The translations under genes were made by a program, and so were the position numbers. This document shows, piece after piece, positions 8,586-17,171 of a stretch of 64,000 bases of DNA; the stretch's first letter is position 1; each line of letters starts with the position of its first letter. The notes under the pieces were generated by a model. That model ran no database searches. It had not been told where the DNA came from and saw only the letters and a list, made by a program, of their open reading frames with translations. The DNA comes from a virus, in the IMG/VR virus record IMGVR_UViG_3300045988_078288; one strand, 5' to 3'.

Positions 8586-9269
8586 TTATCTTCTTCTGTG
8601 TATCAGCCAAAGCAGCAGCGAGATTAAACATAGTACCACCGCTCCGACCGCTATCTTTCCTGCGAACATCTGCGTCCGCTCCCACCATGTAGCCTTACGC
8701 TCAACTGGCACCGGCACTGGTATCGAGTCTGCTCGCAGGATAGACTTGTATATCGTGTCCGTCTTCACGCTCACTCTGTCACGCCATTTGAATACGTTCT
8801 TTGTCTTGTATATTGTATCACCTACCATGTAGCTCTCGACATATATAGAGTCATGTACGCGGAACGTATCGGCTTTGTAGTTGGTCTTATACAACGTGTC
8901 CGTCTTGTTAATCACTCGCTCCCACACAACAGGCTTCGGAGTTGTGCAGCTCGTTACCACAAGCAGGAGCAGATGCAGCATAGAGCCGACGATGATAGTG
9001 AAGCCGTAGCGACAAATATCGTCCCACTCAATACCCGGTAGCTTATAACGCTTCCATTGATAAACCTCACGCAGCACCATTACGGGCAGCGCGAGAACGC
9101 CCACGAACACCGAAGCCAAAAACCAACCGATTGTGCCCTGTCTGTTGCGCACGTTCTCGTCACAGTCCTCATCGAGCGCATCGAGCTTGTCTGCCTTGTA
9201 GAAAATAAAGAGCGTTGTTGCTCCCAATATGATGCAGTTCAGCAACATCAGTATTCCTCTTATATCCAT
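8586..9269 (-). CDS. Membrane protein; N-terminal 3-TM (holin-like) region plus lipobox/beta-repeat/C-terminal TM (unimolecular-spanin-like) region
   Basis: Three N-terminal hydrophobic helices. Internal Met97 is followed by LHLLLLVVTSC (lipobox-like). DT(L/I)YK(T/S) repeats. C-terminal TM AVGAVVLCLISLLLWLI followed by HRRR. Confidence 0.5.
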   Translation of the reverse strand: MDIRGILMLLNCIILGATTLFIFYKADKLDALDEDCDENVRNRQGTIGWFLASVFVGVLALPVMVLREVYQWKRYKLPGIEWDDICRYGFTIIVGSMLHLLLLVVTSCTTPKPVVWERVINKTDTLYKTNYKADTFRVHDSIYVESYMVGDTIYKTKNVFKWRDRVSVKTDTIYKSILRADSIPVPVPVERKATWWERTQMFAGKIAVGAVVLCLISLLLWLIHRRR

Positions 9270-9293
9270 ACACTTTTACTTTTGACATTATTA

Positions 9294-9677
9294 TTAATCC
9301 GTTTCTTCTCTCCCATAGTCACGTGGTGGTTTTCGCTTCATGCACCCATTTATCGTACACTCGTTCCATTGGAGCTCGCGCATTCTCATAAGAAGCGTGT
9401 TCTTATCGTCTTTGAGCTGACGGATGGTCGCACGCTGCTTACCAATGTCGTCGTAGAGCGAGTCTATTTTGTTATTGAGTCTTGTGCGCTCCTCCATGTG
9501 CTCCTCATGCTCATGGTCGTAAAGGTTGTGCCATTCTTGAGCATAAGCCATTGCGTTCGCGTCTTCGTCTTTCTGCGCAGACGCAGCTTCCTTTCGTTTT
9601 CGAGAGTTGTAGTAGAGGAGTTGTCCGACGATGCCGCTGCTTACAAGCAACGTTATAATCTGCAATACTGTATCCAT
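9294..9677 (-). CDS. Type II membrane protein with coiled coil (holin / i-spanin-like lysis accessory)
   Basis: 127 aa with an N-terminal TM (VLQIITLLVSSGIVGQLLYY) followed by a charged helical region. Lies next to the putative endolysin. Confidence 0.45.
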   Translation of the reverse strand: MDTVLQIITLLVSSGIVGQLLYYNSRKRKEAASAQKDEDANAMAYAQEWHNLYDHEHEEHMEERTRLNNKIDSLYDDIGKQRATIRQLKDDKNTLLMRMRELQWNECTINGCMKRKPPRDYGREETD

Positions 9678-9687
9678 TTCGCCTCCT

Positions 9688-10149
9688 TTATTCTATTGTG
9701 ATATAAATCTGTTCTCCTCTCTCGTCCGCAGCCTTCAGCTTCGCGTACACCTTACGGAACGTCGCCGTTGAGTTAAGTACCTGTCCGACCGCCTTATTCT
9801 CACCGACAAGGATGCAGCCCTCCGTGTCCTTCGCAGTGTTGCCGCAGTGAATAAGTACGCCTTGGTAGCCGGGCGTATTGCACAACCTTGGCAGTCGACC
9901 CTTGCAGAACTGGTACTGCGCCCGACCTCCGAACCTTGGCGATACCGTCTTCATATCGACGAGGTATCTGCCTGTAGGTATGGCGGTTTCGCCTTTAATC
10001 TTCACTCCGCATATCTGCGCAACCGACATATTAGATGTCAGCCCTCTGTCCTTATCCTCGAGCGTGTCGCAGACATACTCGCCGTCGACGTACATCTTGC
10101 CTATTGTGTACGCCTCCTTTCTTGCTATTCGCTTTACTTTTATTTCCAT
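9688..10149 (-). CDS. Putative cell-wall hydrolase / endolysin (DUF5675-like, YkuD-like His...Cys motif)
   Basis: GVLIHCGNTAKDTEGCILVG resembles the H-G-x...-GC catalytic signature of L,D-transpeptidase-fold enzymes. First gene of the putative lysis cassette. Confidence 0.5.
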   Translation of the reverse strand: MEIKVKRIARKEAYTIGKMYVDGEYVCDTLEDKDRGLTSNMSVAQICGVKIKGETAIPTGRYLVDMKTVSPRFGGRAQYQFCKGRLPRLCNTPGYQGVLIHCGNTAKDTEGCILVGENKAVGQVLNSTATFRKVYAKLKAADERGEQIYITIE

Positions 10150-10313
10150 GCTATTTGAATTTTTTGTTAATTAAAGTTATAAAATCACTTTTTATCTCTG
10201 TTTCTTACCAACTACCCTTACAAGTATTATAAAAATGTAGTAATTTTGTGAGTGAAGAGGAGTCCCCGAACCGATGCGATTGCTCGACTAAATGTCGATG
10301 TTACGCGTGCGTT

Positions 10314-11537
10314 TTAGGAGAGCCTCTTTATTTGTTTTCTCTTTATGTTTACGGCATATGTTTGCATATAACAACTTTTCTTTTCATTTTGGTGTTTAGC
10401 CACAATATTACAGATGCCAAACTTGATAAATTTACGTCTCATTTTTTTTACTTTTAAACGCACACCTTGTTTTAACCGTTTGGTTCTGCACCACGTGTAT
10501 TTGTAAAGGTATATCCCTTGCTTGGCGGAGAATTCATCTAACGAACCCGCGTTAAAATTGAGACTTTGTGGCAGACGTTTATTTACTACCATGCCTTTCT
10601 CGAATTTTCTGTAAGGGCTTACGGTATCAAAAGAACTTGGAATGCCTTTGGAATCCAATGTAACCACATAAACACCATCCTTACTAAGTGTTACGTTTTT
10701 TACAAACCAGGCGCCACTGTTCGGAACGTTAATATATAGAGACACTCTAAAACAAGTATAAACATCAGATACTTTAGTGATTTCTATCTCATCATTTCTA
10801 CCAGGTGAAACAGAATAGTAATGTGTTCTCACAGGTTCTACCCAACCCAATAAGGGAATAGGTCCATTAATAATAAATTTCACCTTAATACTATCTCCTT
10901 TCTTTGCCAGAAGACTTGATGTTTTATTGCCAACCAATAAGGAAATCATTTTATCATTGTTGGGCACAATATACCTTACCCTGTCAGATGATGATAAGGT
11001 CAGCAATGAGCATTTTATCGCCCTACCAACTACATATTCTATCTTTGGTTTGCTCTTTTTGACACTCGAGGTTGTTCGCGAAGACACGGGTGGAAGGACA
11101 ACAAGCGCAGTATCCACGGCAAAACCCTCAATCTTCACATCCATGCAGCCTTTGTTGGCATTATCTCCGTTGCCGTCCTCAATGTTGGTGTCGCACTCGA
11201 CAGTACCATCCTCAAACACTGTATCGCTGCTTGCGTTGTTGTCCACGATGGCGAACTGCTCGTATTCATAGCTTCGCCAGTTGGCACCCTCCAGTACGCC
11301 CGTCACCTCCAAGGCGTATGTGCCTAACGACAGTGTCGTGCCGTCAACGTCAGCCAAGAGCACATCATTAGACTCCTTGTCGATGGTGTAGGGGAGTGCG
11401 GTACGCTTGTACTGGCTAACGACGTGCACCGCGATGTCGGTGCAATCAGTCAACGGGAACGATACCTGTTCACCATTGACTATTTTCTTTACTGGTATGC
11501 GCAACGTGAAATCGTTGCCTCTAACTATTTTCTTCAT
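10314..11537 (-). CDS. Tail fibre / receptor-binding-associated protein (hypothetical)
   Basis: The ATG at 11537 (MKKIVRGNDF...) lies after the stop of the 1677-aa tail protein. Position is distal in the tail module. Confidence 0.5.
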   Translation of the reverse strand: MKKIVRGNDFTLRIPVKKIVNGEQVSFPLTDCTDIAVHVVSQYKRTALPYTIDKESNDVLLADVDGTTLSLGTYALEVTGVLEGANWRSYEYEQFAIVDNNASSDTVFEDGTVECDTNIEDGNGDNANKGCMDVKIEGFAVDTALVVLPPVSSRTTSSVKKSKPKIEYVVGRAIKCSLLTLSSSDRVRYIVPNNDKMISLLVGNKTSSLLAKKGDSIKVKFIINGPIPLLGWVEPVRTHYYSVSPGRNDEIEITKVSDVYTCFRVSLYINVPNSGAWFVKNVTLSKDGVYVVTLDSKGIPSSFDTVSPYRKFEKGMVVNKRLPQSLNFNAGSLDEFSAKQGIYLYKYTWCRTKRLKQGVRLKVKKMRRKFIKFGICNIVAKHQNEKKSCYMQTYAVNIKRKQIKRLS

Positions 11538-11569
11538 ATTATTTTGTGTTCTATTGTTGTACTTTATAT

Positions 11570-14500
11570 TTAACCATAAATATTTCCATTCCACCCTACG
11601 GCGGTTAAGCGGTTGGGGTTAGCTCCACTCAAAGAATTGCCAAAAGTAGTCGTAACCTCGCAAGTCGTGATAAGTCTTTCATTTGAGGAAATTTCATTGA
11701 CTTTTAGAGTTCCAGTTGAGGTCGTTGTTCCTCTTTTGTTTATTATACCTCCTCCATGTACAACGAATGCAACGTTTGCGCGATTCTTGATTATTAGTGT
11801 TTGTCCAACATATTGTAACGCTTCGTCGGTTGACACGCCATGAAGACTATTCAAACTATCTTTAGGATTGTTGAATGGCAATACAAGATCAACCTGCGAG
11901 GATTTAAAGTAATTATTGAAATCACCTTGAAACTCCACGAACGAGCCCGCATTAGTAAAGTCGAATAATACAACGCTTAAGGAAGCTGCGGGTATTCGGT
12001 ATTGGTCTATGTTCTCTGGTGTAATAATTGTCTTTTTCTTTTTGACAAAACCGCCAAACAGACCTGCGCCAACCTCTAACAAACCTTTCTCATTAACGCT
12101 TGCCGTTGTCTCGCCGCTATTATTACGTATCTCGAACTTGTCCGCAGTTGCCGTTATCTTGCCATTCTCGATGTCTAAGCCAGTGCGCAGTAGCTTTGCG
12201 GCAATGCCACTGTCCTCGACAAAACCACTCTTGCCCTCTATCCAGTCGGTAGGAGTTGCTCCGACCTCCAGCTTCGGCATTGTCACCCACGCCTTACTGC
12301 CTTGCAAACTACGGATTAAGACATAATTAGGTATGCCAGTGCCCTCAGAACGCCAGTGTACCCAATAACGCTTCCACTCGCTTGTAAGAGAGAAGCGACG
12401 ACCTCCGTCGGCGTTACTTGTCGTTGTATCGCGCTCGCTGTCCTCGGCGAATATGCTTAGATTAGAACCACTCCACATGTATGCGTCGATGCTGCCGGAA
12501 CCTTTTGCCATAAAGGAGAGTATGTAGTCCTCATCTTTTTTGATGATGGTATTCACGCTCCATTGCGCCATCTCAATGTATTTGGAGGCTGCGTTGGCAT
12601 ATATTACCGAGCATCCGTTGTTGTACGACTCGTTAGTGACCACTGACGCATCCATTCGCATCAGATTGCCGGATTTGGCGAACGTGCGCGTGTTGTCGAG
12701 AAGATTGCCCCCGATGTAGTCGTAATCGTCAGGCGATGCGCTCCAACACACAAAGTCCTCCGCAGTACCCTCTATGAGGATAGGGTGGGCGATGTACACC
12801 TGCTGACTCGCAGTAGATGCGTTAGCTTTTAGACACGCCACGGAAATCCACTCATAAGGGGCGTTCGCTGCAACGGTAAAGGTTTTTTGGTAGAGATACC
12901 ATCCGTTGCTTGGCGTTATCGTTACGCCGCCTAAATTCGCACTACCGTTAGGACCGGTATATCCACTTGGTCGCGACGTGTCGGTTGCCGAGCTATGCCA
13001 TATCGTCTCGCCCACAATTTCTACTCTGGCAGACTTCGTGCGTGCCCAGAAAGCCAGCGTGTACGTCTTGCCCTTGGTGACGTGTATGTTGTGAGAGTTC
13101 GCCGCTCCACCCCATTGCACACCGCCTGCTTTAGCTTCTGGTGCGAATATCACATTAGCACCCTCATGCGCCGACGTGCGATATATCTTAGAGCGCAGAA
13201 GAAAGAAACCCTCGCCTTGCTTGCGGAACAACGAGCCGACGAGCAGGTTACGTCGCTCGGCAAGAGTGTAGCCCACCTTCATCGCTATCTGTGTAGCGGT
13301 CTGTGTTATAGAAGAGCTAACAGTTGCTATTTGGTCGTTTACATCCTTCTTGGTAGAGTAGTCTCTCCTAACCTCTGTTCTTATATCATTTGCGGTCTGT
13401 GTTATCTGCGACTGCGTGCTTTTTATCTCGTCGTCAAGCTCTTCTTTGTTTCTGTTGACCGTCAACTTGAGCCCATCTACGGACATTACAAGCTCCGCAA
13501 ACGACTGTGTGCTCTTTATCTCGCCATTAGCCTTGCGCGTAATGAACCTAAACTTATCGGCTATGGCGAACATCTCCTGACGTGACAGGACAAAGACCTC
13601 TCTATTCTCTAACGAGTAGCTATCTACGCCTTCGTACATCTTTAACGATGGCGCATCCGCTCCGTATGCCGACAAAACAACGACCGACTGGCGAGCCGTG
13701 TCCGTCGTATTGCCCATCTGTACAAGCTCGTCACCTGCCTGCGGAATATCGCTACCAGTATCGCAGAAATCAGCAAGCACATCAATGAAATCTTTGCCTA
13801 CCTTGTACACCTTACGCCAGTAGTATCTGTTCTTCACGTTCTCATTCACGCCCTCCTTGACGTTGAACGTCTGACAGCGCACAAGGTCGCCCATCACAAA
13901 TTGGTTCTCAATCTCCTCGTCGCCTTTCTTCTGTGAAAAGTAACAGCGGTAAACATCGTAACGTAGGGGAGAGCCGTCGTATTCGGGAAGAACCGTGAAC
14001 TTCTCGAAATAGACCACATTGCTAATCTTCATGGCAGCAGGCGACAGAACAATCTCACCACCTACGCTTTGAAGCTCTCGGATTACGAGCCTTACGAACT
14101 CCGCAGCCTTGCGCACAAGCAGGCGGTCTACCTCCAAGTAACTGTCACCACTTCCGTTGTAATCACCAAGTTTAAAACCAGAGCCGAGCGCACCCGAACG
14201 GAACGCAGCTGACACAACCTCTTTGAGTGTGGCGATTCCGTCAGAGGAGATGCCGAGAGGGTTATTGTCGCTCTGTTCGCCGAATGCGATACCTTCCCAA
14301 AAGCGGATAAGTTTTTCTGCTACATCTGTCTTGACCTTCGACAGAAAATACTTTGAACCTTCGCTTTGGATGTATTCCTTAACTTGTGCGGGCGTAAAAT
14401 CTCCTGTGCTATTACTTATGGCCGTTATCTTGTCTTGTATTTTTTGTAGTGTACTAACCTCTTTGTTATCGCGCAATGATACTTCATAGGTAGGTATCGC

Positions 14501-16603
14501 CCCTTCTTTCTCTGTTATGGAGAGACTATCAATTACAACGTCTGCACTGATACCAAAATCCTCGTCGCTAAACTGAAATATATCCCCTTCTTTAATAGTG
14601 TCATGTAGACTCTTTGTAGTACCAGTGGTATCCTCCATGGCCTCGTCGTGTTGGCGGGCCATATAAATTTCATCTATTTTCGGAGCATATGTATGCTTGG
14701 TGTGGTCGTTTTCTATAAGCCAAGCGATGGCGTAGCGTAGTAATTTCTCAGATGCAGCATCCACGTATTGTGTCGGGAGGGTTATTCCGGATAATACAAA
14801 ATGGTCTCCAGCGTTAATCTGAAAGTCTTTGTACGGAAAGTATAGCCCAATATCCTCCACGCGCTGCAATGTCAAAACCCACTGCCCGCTTTCTTTTGTA
14901 CTGCCACTCACCTTGAATTTACGTCCTGCACACATTCCGTCGACCATAGTAACGGAGAAGTCACTTTGTTTCAGAGCGTTAATGTCAAAGTTTAATTCTT
15001 TTTTTAGAGTGAGTTTAAACCCAGGAACTGTTGCGCCTTCTTTGAATACACCATTATCTTCGATGTTTGAACCAACTGCAATTTCGTCAATACGCACACC
15101 GTCTACTTCCATTTCCTTGATAGTGGGATATATCTCAACGGTCTTTTCCTTTACATCTTCGGTGTCAAAAAACACGCTACCGGGACGCACACCGATAACG
15201 TCTGCCGCAGGCGACTCTATCCACGGACGGTCTGCACGCTTAGAAAAGCGCAATTTTGCACCTGTTGGGTTTAATTCTTTATGCTTCTCGGGGTGGTTAT
15301 TCCACCAGTCTTGTAAGGATATAGAAGGAAAACCAGGTAGCATTAGGTTAAAGCACGCCATATTGTTTGGCAGATGCGCGCCAGCTGCATAATCCCTCCT
15401 ATTAGAAGGAAAGGCTTCTTTGTTGACACCGCTAACGAAATGTACCCTATCTGCTTCTTGTATCGCAGCAAAGCACGCTTTAGCTTCTTCTATTGTAATA
15501 TCATATCCTTTTCCGCCTAATATCTGTAAACTAATGTGATTATGGTAATAAGGCTCTACGCCAACATTGACCTTGGCTTCAACAACCATTCCACCATCAT
15601 GGATATTCACAGAGTATGTATCATATCCTGGGCCACCGCCAATTCGATACGTAAAATATACGGAAGCACGCTCGATGGGTATGTCGTCGATATAAAATTC
15701 TATATTGCAAATTTCACCATAAACTTCGTTTTGTATTACGCGAGAAGGCTTAGACCAAACCTCCATATTTAGTGTTGCATAGTATCTGTCAGGAATATTT
15801 TTGTCAGAACCGTATGCTCTCATACGTGTAACTATTTGTTGGTCTGCCTCTGCATCTTGATTTACCTCGTACAAGCCGTTGCCCTTTCCGTACTTGAAAA
15901 CGTTACGTGTTGGCAGTCCTGACGTACCAACAAACACTTCTCTGTTGCGCGTTATGAAGTTTACGTCGAACTGGGAATTTACCAACGCAAGGCCTTTCCA
16001 CACCGTCTGCTTGTCGATACTAATGGATGTTGATGTTATTTTGGTATCAGAGACTCCCGTGTTGTCGGGATTTGACGTATCACCTCCATATATCTCCTCC
16101 CATCTTGCTGCATCGCATCCTCTCGTATTGCTTCTGTTCCAGTTGCGCGAATAGAATAGCCATTTGTTTCCGCCAACTTGTTCATTCATACACGCCTGCA
16201 AACGGTCGAGTAAGTCATCCAACGACTCCACGTAGAATTGGAAGACGGGCAGGGCGGTATAATGTAGCTCGTTATCGTTTAAGACTACATCTAAAAATTC
16301 TGCTCTTGCCAGTTCGTCAGATAAAGAATTGAATTTTACAACTTGGTACTTGAACGAATTGCCGAGTGCATTTTTACGGCCTTGTTTCGCCTTGCCTGGG
16401 TCGTAGTTTAATTCAAAACGTTCATTTCGATATATTAGATAATCACCAATTTCAAAGTCTATTGGAGCCTCATTCTCTATAGATACAGATACCGAGCACT
16501 CGCCCATCCACTCGCCGTCGTATTTCAGCGAATGAACGGAAATTTCCTTGCCGTTGGTGTCACGCAGCGGCGTGCCGTCCTTATGATAAAGTTTCCATTC
16601 CAT
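11570..16603 (-). CDS. Large tail tip / host-specificity protein (Tal-like) with C-terminal beta-sandwich (CBM-like) repeats
   Basis: 1677 aa, directly downstream of the tape measure and Dit-like genes. Two similar jelly-roll-like segments (...KGKTYTLAFWARTK... and ...DEDYILSFMAKGSG...). Confidence 0.7.
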   Translation of the reverse strand: MEWKLYHKDGTPLRDTNGKEISVHSLKYDGEWMGECSVSVSIENEAPIDFEIGDYLIYRNERFELNYDPGKAKQGRKNALGNSFKYQVVKFNSLSDELARAEFLDVVLNDNELHYTALPVFQFYVESLDDLLDRLQACMNEQVGGNKWLFYSRNWNRSNTRGCDAARWEEIYGGDTSNPDNTGVSDTKITSTSISIDKQTVWKGLALVNSQFDVNFITRNREVFVGTSGLPTRNVFKYGKGNGLYEVNQDAEADQQIVTRMRAYGSDKNIPDRYYATLNMEVWSKPSRVIQNEVYGEICNIEFYIDDIPIERASVYFTYRIGGGPGYDTYSVNIHDGGMVVEAKVNVGVEPYYHNHISLQILGGKGYDITIEEAKACFAAIQEADRVHFVSGVNKEAFPSNRRDYAAGAHLPNNMACFNLMLPGFPSISLQDWWNNHPEKHKELNPTGAKLRFSKRADRPWIESPAADVIGVRPGSVFFDTEDVKEKTVEIYPTIKEMEVDGVRIDEIAVGSNIEDNGVFKEGATVPGFKLTLKKELNFDINALKQSDFSVTMVDGMCAGRKFKVSGSTKESGQWVLTLQRVEDIGLYFPYKDFQINAGDHFVLSGITLPTQYVDAASEKLLRYAIAWLIENDHTKHTYAPKIDEIYMARQHDEAMEDTTGTTKSLHDTIKEGDIFQFSDEDFGISADVVIDSLSITEKEGAIPTYEVSLRDNKEVSTLQKIQDKITAISNSTGDFTPAQVKEYIQSEGSKYFLSKVKTDVAEKLIRFWEGIAFGEQSDNNPLGISSDGIATLKEVVSAAFRSGALGSGFKLGDYNGSGDSYLEVDRLLVRKAAEFVRLVIRELQSVGGEIVLSPAAMKISNVVYFEKFTVLPEYDGSPLRYDVYRCYFSQKKGDEEIENQFVMGDLVRCQTFNVKEGVNENVKNRYYWRKVYKVGKDFIDVLADFCDTGSDIPQAGDELVQMGNTTDTARQSVVVLSAYGADAPSLKMYEGVDSYSLENREVFVLSRQEMFAIADKFRFITRKANGEIKSTQSFAELVMSVDGLKLTVNRNKEELDDEIKSTQSQITQTANDIRTEVRRDYSTKKDVNDQIATVSSSITQTATQIAMKVGYTLAERRNLLVGSLFRKQGEGFFLLRSKIYRTSAHEGANVIFAPEAKAGGVQWGGAANSHNIHVTKGKTYTLAFWARTKSARVEIVGETIWHSSATDTSRPSGYTGPNGSANLGGVTITPSNGWYLYQKTFTVAANAPYEWISVACLKANASTASQQVYIAHPILIEGTAEDFVCWSASPDDYDYIGGNLLDNTRTFAKSGNLMRMDASVVTNESYNNGCSVIYANAASKYIEMAQWSVNTIIKKDEDYILSFMAKGSGSIDAYMWSGSNLSIFAEDSERDTTTSNADGGRRFSLTSEWKRYWVHWRSEGTGIPNYVLIRSLQGSKAWVTMPKLEVGATPTDWIEGKSGFVEDSGIAAKLLRTGLDIENGKITATADKFEIRNNSGETTASVNEKGLLEVGAGLFGGFVKKKKTIITPENIDQYRIPAASLSVVLFDFTNAGSFVEFQGDFNNYFKSSQVDLVLPFNNPKDSLNSLHGVSTDEALQYVGQTLIIKNRANVAFVVHGGGIINKRGTTTSTGTLKVNEISSNERLITTCEVTTTFGNSLSGANPNRLTAVGWNGNIYG

Positions 16604-16607
16604 ATCT

Positions 16608-17075
16608 CTATTTGATTAATGTTACTTCCGTTACGGGGTCTTCAACTCTCAACACTGTAGAGAACGTTACCACATCTCCCTCGTCGTCGCGGTGCAGGTC
16701 TGCGTCGTCGGATACCTTCTTGAGGCGGATGTGTCTTCTTCCTACCTTAGTCCAGTCGCAGTACATCTTCATCTTCATACCGCTTCCGTCGCGTCCGCTG
16801 AGGTAGTTCAGAAATTTTCTTATTACTGCGTTAGCTGAAAACTTGTCACCCTTGCAGCACCATTTTACGGTCATGTCGTATGCTGCGAATTTAAGGCTGT
16901 CACCGAGGTATGCGTCTTCTCCGTTTTCATCCTTCCAATCCCTTACCACTGGCTCCTTGACCTCCATGCCAATGTCGAACGGTATGGAGGCGCACCACAC
17001 ATCAAAGTCAGCTACGGTTTCTTTTACCACAGCTCCAGTCTGCTCTTTTTGTATAAAGACATTGTAGTGTTGCAT
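16608..17075 (-). CDS. Distal tail protein (Dit-like), by position
   Basis: 155-aa ORF between the tape measure and the tail tip protein. Confidence 0.5.
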   Translation of the reverse strand: MQHYNVFIQKEQTGAVVKETVADFDVWCASIPFDIGMEVKEPVVRDWKDENGEDAYLGDSLKFAAYDMTVKWCCKGDKFSANAVIRKFLNYLSGRDGSGMKMKMYCDWTKVGRRHIRLKKVSDDADLHRDDEGDVVTFSTVLRVEDPVTEVTLIK

Positions 17076-17171
17076 AAATATGCATAATTTTCTCCAAAAA
17101 TAATAAAAAGCGGATAATTATACAAATTAATATATAACTATCCGCGATTTTAACAATAAATATACACTTTG

